The notes under the pieces were generated by a model. It was not told where the DNA came from. It saw only the letters and a program-made list of their open reading frames with translations, and searched no databases. Position numbers and translations under genes: made by a program. A stretch of DNA of 64,000 bases from Lingula anatina (taxonomy: Eukaryota; Animalia; Brachiopoda). The stretch covers positions 26,212,225-26,276,224 of the forward strand of contig CM120640.1 of NCBI GenBank assembly GCA_051362555.1, given 5' to 3'. Shown piece by piece: positions 1 through 12,187 of the stretch. Position 1 is the first letter of the stretch, and each line of letters opens with the position of its first letter.

Positions 1-90
1 GAGTGCTTCTTTTCTGATCAACAGCCAGGCAATTCCAGAAAACAATACTGGGAGCAAAATACTTATGATGATGCAGGATGTAGAGAGCAT
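1..90 (-). CDS. 5' end of an unidentified gene running off the left edge; hydrophobic N-terminal signal/anchor (MLSTSCIIISILLPVLFSGIAWLLIRKEAL...)
   Basis: ATG at 90 with an in-frame TAA just upstream, 7 nt after an acceptor (ttctag, AG at 99-98). Candidate upstream non-coding exon ends at 351 (GTAAGG donor at 350). Frame is open to the window edge and encodes a hydrophobic stretch followed by RK. Identity unknown. Confidence 0.4.
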   Translation of the reverse strand, partial: MLSTSCIIISILLPVLFSGIAWLLIRKEAL

Positions 91-701
91 TTTTTATCTA
101 GAAATCAGAAAACCAAATTAAAAAAAAAATAATAAGTTAGTCATTATAAAAATGTACTTGTTATTACACGTTTGGCATTACTTTACCATAAAACTGCTTG
201 TCGCAGCAAACACGTACATGTAGCTAATATTTAGATTTGCACAACAGCAAAGACTTTTACAGTGTTACTATTTTAACTTAGAATGTTAGATTGGAATCAA
301 GGCAGCCACACGAGTTTGCGCTTCATCATTCATGCAATGTTTCTCCTTACATTAGCTGCATGGACCATGACAAGAAGTAAACACTCGTATTATTGCTCCT
401 GAAGTACAGCTCGGGGTACACCTGCCAACAACTGTTTGATTACAAAACGCATTTAAGCGAATTTCCCTATATCGGCTGATTAGGTCTTGATCTGTTCTCG
501 ACCCAACTCGCTCTAAACAATACATCTCAAAAAGAGGCATTTATTTGGAGACGAACAGTTTCGGTTACAAGTATCTTGTAACAAAATTTTCGATTGGACG
601 ATGAAAATAACCACCTATCAAAATATCCTTTTCATTTAGGTCCACTACTAACGTTAGAGGGATTCCCCAAACAACGAGACGGGACACATTACAGCATCAA
701 A

Positions 702-3477
702 ATGCTCGGGTTTAGGGGGTTTTATCGCAGTGTCACGACACCACTTCATCACCATGTTTTGTCTAAACACGGCATAAGTACAACTATTGTAGCTCATAAG
801 AAAGTAGCCGTGGTAAGTTGAGAAACATGACCTTCAGTTTCACGAGAAATGCCCAGTAATGTGAAGTGCGCCATTTATTAACGTTATATGAAGTACCAAT
901 ATTTTTTGTGTTGATTGTCATTTGAATTTGCCTTTAACCATCACGAAGCCAACATGATTACTTGTGATGATATTTGCTTACTTAACTTGCAGGTTTTGTC
1001 TGGATGTGGTGTTTTTGATGGAAGTGAAGTGCATGAGGCCTCAGCGTAAGTTGCAAGATTTGTTCGTTGTTTGTCACTGGATGGTACTGCTTTTGAGGCT
1101 TCACTGTGCTAATTACTGGTGTTTTGTAAGGTTTTAACTACAGTAAGGTGACCTTGGATGTTGCATCTGTGATGGTTACAGATTCCTAAACACGTAAAGG
1201 TACAGGGACACAACGAAGGTTAGAGGTTTATACATGTATAGTAAAACAAAACTTATTTTATCGTAAATTCCAACAAGTGTCCTTTAGGTGTAATCATCAA
1301 GTTATAAGGTGTCCAAAGCAGTTTACACAATTAAGATTCACAAGCCCATTTTTTGGTTGTACAGGTAGGTTTCTAGATTTTGAGTCATTCTCATAATGGA
1401 GTTATAGAGACAAGGAAAATCAATTGATTTTGTTGCTACATATGAGGTCTAATCAGTGGTGTATGCCTTTCATTTTAAACATACATGTACTCAGTAGTTG
1501 CCAAAATGAAACTGAAGATTCTGAATGTTCTAAATGCTCTTCACATGATTTTAGTATTGTTCCCAGTACTACTGTAGTAATTGCACTCAATGCCCAAACA
1601 GTTTTTTCTGTTTAATCTTTGCACTAGTACATTGAAAATGTTGTAACTTTAGGTGCTTAGTACATCTGAGCCGTGGAGGTGCTGAGGTTGCTATGTTTGC
1701 ACCAGACATGGAACAGATGCATGTTGTTGATCACACCAAAGGAGAACCCATGGATCAAAAGAGGTGAAAGATTATCTCAAGGGTTTATTTTGAAACAAAA
1801 TATTGATTAAACTAGAAAGATATGGTATTTGTTTTATGAATGTTATAGCTGTTAACTAAAGTATGTTTAAAATCATCATAAGTTTTCCTGGCAGGCTTAA
1901 TTACTAGAAAGATTGGTAGTGCTTAAATCAATTAGTTTGTCAGATATATGTTTTTTTCTATGAGATTAACTTTTTATGATTCCAGAAATGTTTTGGTTGA
2001 ATCTGCCAGAATTGCTCGTGGTAAAATAGAAAAACTATCAGATCTTCAAGCTGAGAATTTTGATGCCGTTGTTTTCCCTGGAGGATTTGGGGCTGCAAAG
2101 AATTTGTGAGTTTTAAGGACACAATAATGAAAATATTTTCTATTACTTTGACGCCTGGTCTAGTGCGTTACAAAATGACAAAATGTACTCGTCTGGAATG
2201 AGAGGAAGCATTCTTACTTACAAGTTTAAATATCTAACTTATTCCAATGGATTTATTTTGTTTAGTTACCTGAAAAACAATTTTTCTGACACTTCTCTCC
2301 TTTCAAAACTTTTAACTAATCATTCATATATAACTAGTTAAAACGAGTATAACTAAAAAGAGTTAAAATGCAGTGTTTGAAAAATGTACCTTAACATTTT
2401 AAACAAAAAAAGGATGGTTACTGTTTATAACTTTGAAAAATGTGTATATAATGGTAGTAATTAATTTCCAATTTTTGTTTACATTCCATTAAAGGCTGTT
2501 CACAGCAACAGTTAATCTTGTCAGTTTTACATTTCAGTTCTAAATTTCCATAAGAAGCATCTTTTTTTTAGAAAAGGTTTAATTAATACACCCTTGCCTT
2601 TTTAGATCTGATTTTGCTGTAAATGGTGCAGATTGTTCAGTGCAGGCTGATGTAGAAAATATTCTAAAAGATTTTCATAGTTCAAAAAAACCCATAGGGT
2701 AAGTTTTTTTTAGTGTTGATCAGTCAGTAAGTTTGTGTAAAATTCCTAATTTATCACTTAAAAACTTCACAAAAAATTAGATTGGCTCTTTGCATATTTA
2801 AGAATTCACTGCTTGCTGAATAATTTCTGTAATAAAGACTAGGAAAGGGAAATTTTTGAAACCTGATGTCTCTCCTCAGATTATGCTGCATTGCCCCTGT
2901 GCTGGCTGCCAAGATTTTGAAGGGTTGCGAAGTGACAGTGGGCTCAGATAAAGAGGAAGGTGGGAAGTGGCCATATGCTGGAACAGCTGCAGCAATCAAC
3001 AGCATGGGAGGAAAGCATGTTTGTAAACAGGTTACAATATCCTTTTAAAATGTTTATTGTATTGTTTTATTTTTATGTACTGGGTGGATTAATAAGATTT
3101 ATTCATTTGCCTGATAGTTGAACTTGATAATTGATGAACTGATAAATTGATGAATAAGATCGTCTTTAGAGCCTAACACATCTATGAAGTTGTGCATATA
3201 CTCCGTTTATTTCACAACTAACACATTGTGATACATTGTATCATAAGCGACCTTTTCCCAAACCTATTCCAATAAAATCCAGTCCAGATTTTGCAGGTAA
3301 GATCTATAACCATCAGTTTTTAAGTTTTATTCCTTAACTTATTTGTAAGAGGCACATGTGGATTCAAAAAACAAGATTGTCACCACCCCAGCCTATATGT
3401 GTGAAACTGCAGTCCATGAAATATATGATGGCATTGGTAGCATGATCCAGAATGTCCTAAAGCTGGTCGAAGACTAA
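702..3477 (+). CDS. GATD3: ES1 protein homolog, mitochondrial (GATD3/C21orf33; DJ-1/PfpI class I glutamine amidotransferase-like), 7 exons
   Basis: Exons 702-812, 993-1045, 1653-1763, 1986-2105, 2606-2698, 2880-3036, 3349-3477 join in frame. Motifs [80 protein letters not shown]. Basic, acid-free N-terminal presequence. AATAAA at 4067. Confidence 0.95.
3037..3348 (+). other. U12-type (minor spliceosome) intron, last intron of ES1/GATD3
   Basis: 5' end ATATCCTTT at 3037 exactly on a codon boundary. Branch site TTCCTTAAC at 3330-3338 lies 10-13 nt before the next exon. No polypyrimidine tract between branch site and exon. Confidence 0.85.
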
Positions 3478-5879
3478 CTGAAGAGATTTTTCTTTATAAA
3501 GGCAGTGCTTTTGGAGTTGGACATTCTTGCTGCATGCTTCGTTTACAAAGTCCAGAAGTATATAATAACATGCAAAAGCATACATTTTTTTGTGTTGGTC
3601 ACATTAAAAGGACATTCTTATAGGTTCAACAGCCCTAATACCTTTCGGATGGGTGTTCCCCTCCCTTGGCCACTTTGAGGCTTGGGTAAAGTAGTCCTGT
3701 GGTTTACCTAGCTACTTCCATGTACAATTAAATGACAAACACAAGCAAACAAGAAAAGCTTAAATGTACACATGTGGCTACTGCATGGTACAATGTATGG
3801 GTGGTCAGTGACATGCATAAAGGCAAGATCCTGCTCATTCTCATTTAACACAGACTTAAGATCTAAATGCCAACTGCAATCACTCAAAAAATGTGGAAAA
3901 TTATGAGGGGGAAAAGGGCCTCTTTTGTGTCTTTTGGCACATTTTCTGCCCGCTCAATGGTAGGAGGTGCCCTCTTATAAAATTGCCATGTGTTAAAATG
4001 TCATTATAGGCTGCACAGATGTCACGTTTGCATAATCATTGCTGTAATGTATTCATACCTGAGATGAATAAAATGTGGTGTAAAGAATGTTAATGATCTT
4101 GTCCTGTGAGGTTGTGAAAGGTTAAGAGAGGAGAGCTGCTGAAAAAGAGCTTTGGCGTTTTGTTTTACGAATTGAAGATCAATTTTTGGAAGGGAAAATC
4201 ATTGCATGCTATTTTAATATTTTAGCTACAGTATACGTCAGTACACGCATGGTTGTCTTCATGAATTGCTGATTAGTCATCTGAGCCTGATGAGCTTCAC
4301 CTTTTTGAATGCTGCTGCACAAATAGATGATCAAGTCAGATATACGTGAAGACTGTGTAGATTCTGGCTGGGTTGTGGATAAACGACCGCAAATAATATG
4401 CCATTTTTTTCGAATCTTCTACCAAATTAGTAAAAAATAAGCGTGATAAGTTTTTTTCAGTGCTATTTACGTTACGATGAGCCCAACGATTGTTAAATAG
4501 TGACATCTCCACTTTAATTTGTTGGCAATTTGCAGTAGTATATCTAAAACGTTCCGTGGCCATTATACAAGCACGTGACACCAGTCGTCGTTTTGCTTAT
4601 CTCGTATCTGATGTTGTACTTAATGTATTTCAAGCAATTTACCGCATTGCTCAGTGTTGCATCGACTGAATACGTAAGTTGAAATCTCCTGACTTCGCAG
4701 TCTGTATTTGAGACAGCCCTCGTTTACCATCATGTTTAGGTTGCAGAAGTCCGTTTCGAATTAAGTTTACTGTAAATTGACAAAATAAATATTACGCCTG
4801 GTCATGTGAAAACTAATCCAAACTTTCCATTTTGCGTCAGAGCTTTCCTGTGACAAGCGCTATCAAACGGATTTCTTTTTCTGAAAAAAAGTGGATCTTT
4901 TTTACTGCGAAACCTACAGGTACGTGGTTTCACAGAACATATACAGAAAGTATTTTGATTCGAAGAGAACCTTCTACCGACCAAAATGGCTTTTGACCTC
5001 CAAGGCCCTCAGAATGCCTAAAAACTGTTACAATGCATTCTGTGGTTTGCGGAGAAATCACTGAAAGGATTCTCGCCGGCATGTTATTTTCTAACAGAAA
5101 AAAAACTGAATTCTCTTGATTGAAGAAAATTAATATCTTTTGTCCAGTGGCAATGACAGTCGATTCCATTAATTACAGTTGTATAATTTGATATCGAATT
5201 TTATCAAAGAACTATACAAAGTCTCTACGAATCAGATCATTCAATTGTATTCACTTACAACACGCGAGTAAGCAATATAAATATGGTTGGTTATGAAAGC
5301 CTTGGAAATATTCTGCATATTTTTCGTCATAAATCGATGAAAGCATAAATTGCAGTCAAGTTGTACAAGCCAATTATCTTAAACTTGATTTGCAAATTTA
5401 TCCAATTGACAGTTACACATACAACAAGGACGAGTCTCATATTTCTTTCTTTTTGTCCATTAACAGTCACTACAACTTCGTATGTATTTGATGTCGTAAT
5501 TGATGCCATCGCCTTGACAAACAAGTCTTAATACCTTTACTATAGATGTTCCTTCGTGATATAGATAGACCTACGTGTCTTTTATCAGGTTAGACCTGGA
5601 TAGCCAGGATAGCTTTAGAATAAAGATGAGAGACGGGGTTAATGTCTGTATGCCACACCCGTAAGTAGGTGTCAACATAGCCAGTTTAAGAAATGGTTAC
5701 ACTCCTCCTAAGTCAAAAACTTTCAATGCACTTATTGTGCAAATGTGAAGTAGCTTATATGTGCAGTTGACCTTAGCGGTAATGCTTCTCTTCACTTTGA
5801 AGAGATGCATTAAAAACCTGGGCAACAACCGGTAGCTTGAAAGACTTGAAAGAGAAGTTATTATGCATGTATGATTGTT

Positions 5880-5909
5880 CCCTCTACCAGGGCCGCAGAT
5901 TGATTTTTC

Positions 5910-5970
<61 letters not shown>

Positions 5971-6017
5971 GGCCAATCCATGGCACATTTTCTCCAACCT
6001 GCTGCCCTGGTAGAGGG
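5880..6017. mobile_element. Small inverted-repeat (MITE-like) element enclosing a (TA)n microsatellite
   Basis: CCCTCTACCAGGGCCGCAG (5880-5898) pairs with CTGCTGCCCTGGTAGAGGG (5999-6017), one mismatch. No clear TSD. Confidence 0.5.
5912..5968. repeat. (TA)n microsatellite
   Basis: About 28 uninterrupted TA units. Confidence 0.97.
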
Positions 6018-9000
6018 TATGACCGGAGCTTGAATACGCTTTATGCGTTGAGGAGCAGGTAGACACGTTAAAGATGAACATATATGCATATGTAAAGGTC
6101 CCAAAATTATATTTATTATTTCTGAATTTTCTGCAAAGCTACTTATCTCTCGGAACCCATACCTTAAAGTAGATTATACCTCTATAACAAAAGTACCTGA
6201 TGTCAATATTTCGTTATGGTTTAAAGAATCATGATTCGTTTAAAACTAATTATATTATTAAATTAGAAATGGTCTAGAATACATCGAATCCATGTTCAGG
6301 GACAGGTCGAGCAATAATCCGTATGAAAAAACGCTTTCATTTCTCGAGATAAATGACCTTTTGTTGTGAAAACCCCGTACAGCCTATGGTTTATGAAACA
6401 CTTCTCTGATGTATGAATAATCAATTGTGACGGTGGTTAAGTACTTTTGTAATGGTCCCTCGCTCATGTCTGGAATTCTTCATGAATTTTATAATTCATA
6501 TGGATTTACCGCTACACGCGACCTTATCCATTATGAAAACTTCTGTAGAGCCTTTTCTTCTATTTTATTTTGATCTATTTCACAGGATCTGGAATCTTAT
6601 ACGTCTTGTACAGTACAGTAACAGGGCATAGGTTATTTGAGGTGAAAATATCCAGGCTAGTCTTACGTCATACAGATTGAGTAATATGGTTGCCTCTGTC
6701 CTCAGTTGACCGTGAGTGAGTTGACCGTATGTGATCTCGCTTACCTGCGAGCTTGTGCGACTAGGCCGAACAAGTAGACGTGCAAATTAAAGCGAATGGA
6801 TTATATGTATATCATCAGTTGTATCGGAACTACATTTTTTGTCTTTAATTCACCTTTGGATCTCTTAATCTGTTTATGTAAACTTTTAAAGTGAATTTAT
6901 CGCAACACGCAGCATCAGTACCATTTTCATGACTTCTGGAAAATGTTCATTTAAGATATAAAACTACGGTAGCCAATAGATGGTGACAGCATGGAGATTG
7001 TTTGAGGTTGATAATAGCCATGAAGATATAAATTTAATCAACGAACTAGATTAAGTAATATGACAAGCTCTGTCCTCAGTTGACCAGCTGCAACCTCGCA
7101 AACGGCCAGCAACTGTAAGCACGACGACACTTTCGACACTTTTGTGACCATGCCATGAGAAGCTTAGGCAAATTAAAAGAAATTCCATGTATCAAAACAA
7201 AAACTATTTTTGAAGAATATAAAAAAATGACCTTAGTCAACAGATTATTACTCATTATCGGGTCCCTTGTTGAAGCCATTAACATTGCATAGCACGCAGT
7301 GCTGCTGTTTGCTGATGGCATGAATCACCTGCTACTGCTGGTGGGTTCCAACACACGACATGAGTAATGTCTGGCAGATATATTTAACATCATCCTTTTC
7401 TGAGAGTACAGATCTTTTCTAACGGTATCAAAATTTTATCTAAATTTTCTGACTGAAGAGAAAAAAGATCTTGCTTCTTTACGCAGCAATGTAATGAAAC
7501 TGATCGCATCAAGAAAGCCAGAGTACAATCTAAAACCATCAACAGTGTGCCATTGACCTTTACAACGTAAAATAATACTAGGTAATTCAATGTTATAGTG
7601 GATGGTAGAACAAACGTACATGTTGCGAGCATTCCGATAAATATTTTAATGCACACCAAAACAAGCAGTATCTCAGCACCTGGTCCATATTTTACGGGAA
7701 CATCTGGGACGAAAAAAAGCCAAGGTATTAAGTTCTTCGGTGCAATATATATTTTTGAATGCACTTCTTTTTTTTATTAAGTACGTAACTACGTAACAAA
7801 AAGAGAAAATGTCAAGGCTCACCTACCTCCTCAACTACTTTCAGATAGGGTGCCCCCCCCCCCCCCCTTCTTGAAGTAAAGCACACAATTAAACTTTTAA
7901 GTACACACACTGATTGGCGACATAATGCTTATTTATCAAGTGAATTTGATAATGTGTCAGTGCATTAATCTTTAAATAACTATATGACATGTATAAAGAA
8001 TGTCTGCCAGGTTAATTTAAGCCGAGGGATTCAAGGTTGCTCAAGTGAAGGTCAGGTAAACAAGCACAAGAATAGCACCCTCTCTTAGTTAGGGCAGGCG
8101 AATACCTTTTTGTGCAGCAGTATCATGTAGGACCGAGTAAAACAAGATTACCTAAATTCAAATATGTACTTTTAGGTTGTATCAACTTCAAATATAATCA
8201 ATCTGCAAAACAAATATTTTAAATATAATATTCCAATTTATTATTAGATAATAATACTGTCCATTTTTTTACAATTGCACAAATTTAAGCACAGCCTACA
8301 CAGATTACACTTCAGATTTTTTTCATTTATAAATGCACTATCTTACAATTTAACGTTGATGCACATGTAAATAACATTTGCATGCTGTGTTATTGGATTT
8401 AGCTCTGTTTCTCCAGTAAAAAAAGGTATTCATTTGTCTACGTAATTTAAGCTCAGCATCATATGCCACATTAAAAAGATGGAAATGATAACAAAACATG
8501 AACATAGGGATATTTCACAAAACCATTATACATAAGATGTCTTTGTAGAATTTCACTTTGAAGTACGAATTATCAGCCAATTTTCTTCAAAGCAGCTATA
8601 TACAGTGCTCAATGGAAATTCATATTACTGAAAACACTAACCCTGTATATTTATGTGGCAATACAACCATACCTGTAAAAGTGGTTGATTGATGCCATCA
8701 ATCTCCATATGAATTGATTAAATTCCAACTCTGCAGCAACTTGCACCTCCTTGTTAAAAAAAGGCAATGATGTGCATAAAATAATGAATACAGGTGTGGA
8801 TGACTCAAGGAATCATAAACAGTGAAAAGGTGCAATATTCTACGAGCTGAGGCAATTCACATTCTGCATAAATTTATGTAACCGCAAACATGTGGTCTGG
8901 GTTCATTATCTGGCTGACAATCATCTTTATCATCAAAGAGACTGTAGCATTCAACTTCATGGACGGTAGTTCTTTTCCCCGTTTCTAGAGATGTTTATTG

Positions 9001-9569
9001 GTTATAATTAAGTGCAAGAGGTAAAAACCAGTTTTTGCTATATCACTTGGATAACAGACCTCTGAAATACCACCATCACTGTGAAAGCATTTACTTAAAT
9101 ATTGCTGCCATATGAGAATAACCTAAGACTGTACAGTGTGACATAGTCTAGTCCTGGATCCATCCTACTTGTATAAAGAAAATGATGCAAATTTGTAGTG
9201 TTCCACAGACCTGATCAACACCTCAGTTGTACTGTAAAATGGCAAACCCATGAAAATAGTGAGCATTTGGGTTTGCACCGAAATGAACAATGTGAGGCTG
9301 TCAAATCAAGTGGTACAATAGCACTTTTTATTATACCATTTCTTAACATTACCCAAGTTTCAAAAATATGGCTAGTGTATACTGGTGCCAAAGCACTCAT
9401 AATATGGACTACTCTATATTGTTAAAAAGAAACATTGTTTAAATGTATAAAATGGCAAAGATTTTAAATGCCACCCAAACCAAACACATGTTCAGTGTTG
9501 TAATATGTTGCAGAGGAGCTGCCTCAAATCAGAAAATTTCAAAAACATTCAACAATTATAACCGGATTA

Positions 9570-10559
9570 CTACCAATATGGTACAGATGTATCCACATAT
9601 TTCCATGAGGAGATATCTGCCCAAGATTTCACACCTGGGAGGTCTGTGACAGTCTGAACATACTTTGGAGTATCTGACACATGTCCCGAATTGCAGTTTG
9701 CTTTAGCAATTCCGTAATTCTGCCCATCATTGCTGTCCCAATGTTGAATGCCATTTTCTTCATAGCATATAGCAAACTCAATTCTCTTAGATGGGTCAAA
9801 AGTAGCAGGCACATCAAACTCAAATGAGAATGTATCTATAGAGGAATATTGCGACGATTCCCCTGCACCCAGAGGCAAATACTCTGCTGGTATGTCATCA
9901 TATTTGCCCCAAGAGTCATGAGTAAAGCGAGCAAAAACCTTTTTTTCAAAGGACACATTTTTTACTTTCACTGTACCATAAACATGATACTCCTTTACAA
10001 TAACATTTTCCAGTGACACAAAATTATTCTGTATTTTATCTCTGAACTTCATATAGTCAGCTGCTGGTTGAGGAAACTTGATTTCCAATGGTGCATCACT
10101 TGTGGCTGATGCTTTCACTCCTTCTGTGACTGCTTCCAATATAGACTGTGGAAGTTTAGGAGGTTGATCTGAAGGCTCTGTCATTATCTTAACTGTTGAA
10201 AGGGCAAGCCCATTGTAATCAGCGAATGTTACCCTTTTCTTGGGTCTATTATTTTTTGACAGTATCAAAAGAGAATGAGGAGCATCTGTCACTGGGGATT
10301 TGTCTTCTGGGGTTGTCTCTCCTCTGAAGACATCTTGCTGATCATCAGTGTCCACACATGACTGCAGCAGGTCGAAAGATTCATATTCTCTCTGTTTGAA
10401 GGATTGTTTGCAACTGTCTCTTAGCTGCTGCAGTAAATCATCTCTTGGGTATTCATAGAAATCAAACACTGGGGGACTTGAAGCCAGCAGATATGACGAC
10501 AGATCTACTGGCATGTCTGATCTTTCAGTTCCAAGGTGTGGAACTCCTACAGCCAACAT
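9570..10559 (-). CDS. PPP1R3: Protein phosphatase 1 glycogen-targeting regulatory subunit (PPP1R3B/C, PTG-like)
   Basis: One large coding exon after acceptor ttttacag (exon top 10566, ATG 10559). N-terminal MPVD...SPP as in PTG, PP1-binding RVxF motif KKRVTFAD, CBM21 domain (VSLENV, GTVKVKNVSFEKKV, DTFSF, EFAICY, WDSNDGQNY), C-terminal PYW. Confidence 0.93.
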   Translation of the reverse strand: MLAVGVPHLGTERSDMPVDLSSYLLASSPPVFDFYEYPRDDLLQQLRDSCKQSFKQREYESFDLLQSCVDTDDQQDVFRGETTPEDKSPVTDAPHSLLILSKNNRPKKRVTFADYNGLALSTVKIMTEPSDQPPKLPQSILEAVTEGVKASATSDAPLEIKFPQPAADYMKFRDKIQNNFVSLENVIVKEYHVYGTVKVKNVSFEKKVFARFTHDSWGKYDDIPAEYLPLGAGESSQYSSIDTFSFEFDVPATFDPSKRIEFAICYEENGIQHWDSNDGQNYGIAKANCNSGHVSDTPKYVQTVTDLPGVKSWADISSWKYVDTSVPYW

Positions 10560-10699
10560 CGATTCACTGTAAAACAAAATTTAAAAAAAGGTTATATATA
10601 TAACTGCCTGGTGACTAAAGCAGCAGGCATAGGCAATATATAGTCAAATATCAGAGAAAAGTTGGATTCTTGACAATCAAGGAACAATTAAGACATTAA

Positions 10700-11445
10700 G
10701 ATCGCATTCACAACGAGTTGAGCCAGGCTTTACAAATCCTAGAACTAAATATGGCGGACGTACATGAAAGAAAAACCGCCTAATCTTTTAATAGTCTCTC
10801 CGCCTCTCACACGCCTCCCCACACGTAGTCCCTGCGGGGGTACAGTCATTAAATCTCGGCTCCATTCCCCATGCGGAGGCTACCTGAGAAATATTAAGTG
10901 CGCAAATTCATAGGGATCTAAATCGTGAAAACACCCCCCCTTCCAATAAAGAAATTAACCGACGATAATTTTTCACAACAGCATAAGACGGATGTGAAAA
11001 GCCATTCATTTGCGTTGGTAGGCCTACTCCAAAGTAAAATATCACGTGCATTAATTAAGTAGGGTATCTCCCAGGACCCTGAATATCTCTGGTGACATTA
11101 TCTCCGTAGATAGCCGATTCATTGTTGCTCTACGGGTCAATTCATTCTTTTTTCGCCTCTGTTTTAAAAGATAATAGCTTTTTTCCTTCAATCGCCTCCA
11201 GCCACCATGCTTTCTTCATCTCGAGTTTAATTGGTGAGCATGCGCACTTAATATTTCTCAGGTAGCTTCTGCATTGCGAATGGAGCCGAGATTTAATAAC
11301 TGTTCCCCTGCAGGGACGACGCGTGGGGAGGCGTGTGAGAGACGAAGAGACTATTATCAGATTAGGCGGTTTATCTTTCATGTACGTCTGCCATATTTAG
11401 TTCCAGGATTTGTAAAGCCAGGCTCAACTCGTTGTGAATGCGATC
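10700..11445. mobile_element. Non-autonomous DNA transposon (MITE) with ~205-bp terminal inverted repeats and TAA target-site duplication (PIF/Harbinger-like)
   Basis: 10700-10904 (GATCGCATTCACAACGAGTTGAGCC...AAGTGCGCA) is the reverse complement of 11241-11445 with scattered mismatches. TAA flanks both ends (10697-10699, 11446-11448). Lies in the intron upstream of the PPP1R3 coding exon. Confidence 0.85.
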
Positions 11446-12187
11446 TAAGACAACTACACAAACACAATGTTGGATCAGATGAACGGTTTTAATGAGGTAG
11501 CTTTATAAATGTAATACTCTAATCAGTAATTTATATGATATATTGAAAACATATTGAGCTTTGTGTACACAAAAGCATGTGGATTTTTGTTTCCGTGTTT
11601 TGAGCATTTGCCGGTAGTCTTACATGCATCCCGGTAGTTGTAAAAACTCTTACTGAATAATTAAAAAAAACAAAAAAACAACGAAGTGCACCATCGGGAT
11701 ACTTGTTTTGATAATTACTGATTATACTATTACATTTTTGTTGTGAAATGCGATTCATAATGTAAATTATAACATAAGTTGCGATCACGACGACTAGAAT
11801 GACTACTAATCAATAAATGATATTGGTCGTTTCCGTTTGCTGGCTGTTACATACCGTAGATCTATATCTGGCATTCGTTAGTTGTAACAGGGAATATAGC
11901 TAGTTTAATTTGGAATGTTGTTTAAACTAACGCTCATGAACCATCTATTATTTAAATGTAAAGAGAAACTAAAATATTTGAGACTGCATATTTTTTCAGT
12001 CCGAGTCCTTAATTTTTTTCTTTCGAAAACGTGACCATATAAAGGCATTTCACCTTCACCTATATCAACCACAAAATTCTAGCATCTTGATATCAAATGC
12101 TCGAATAACTCACCTAGCTCATCTTCATATTGAGTACAGTCCCCAATGACTACCCTCGAGTAAAGCTATCTCCTTTAGAGCTAGTTT

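Noticed and set aside
352-540. 62-aa minus-strand ORF as a standalone gene
   Set aside because: No recognisable domain; it lies in a probable 5' non-coding exon and is at most a uORF.
5697-6104. 135-aa ORF with an IYIYIY run
   Set aside because: Artefact of the (TA)n microsatellite and flanking repeat.
7076-7780. Overlapping 60-124 aa ORFs on both strands
   Set aside because: No motifs and no consistent splice structure; not called as coding.
10560-10577. ORF-track start of PPP1R3 at 10577
   Set aside because: Non-ATG start inside the intron's pyrimidine tract; the acceptor is at 10568-10567 and the ATG at 10559.
11142-11492. Two ORFs (79 and 72 aa) inside the long-TIR element
   Set aside because: They fall in the MITE arm and have no transposase motifs.
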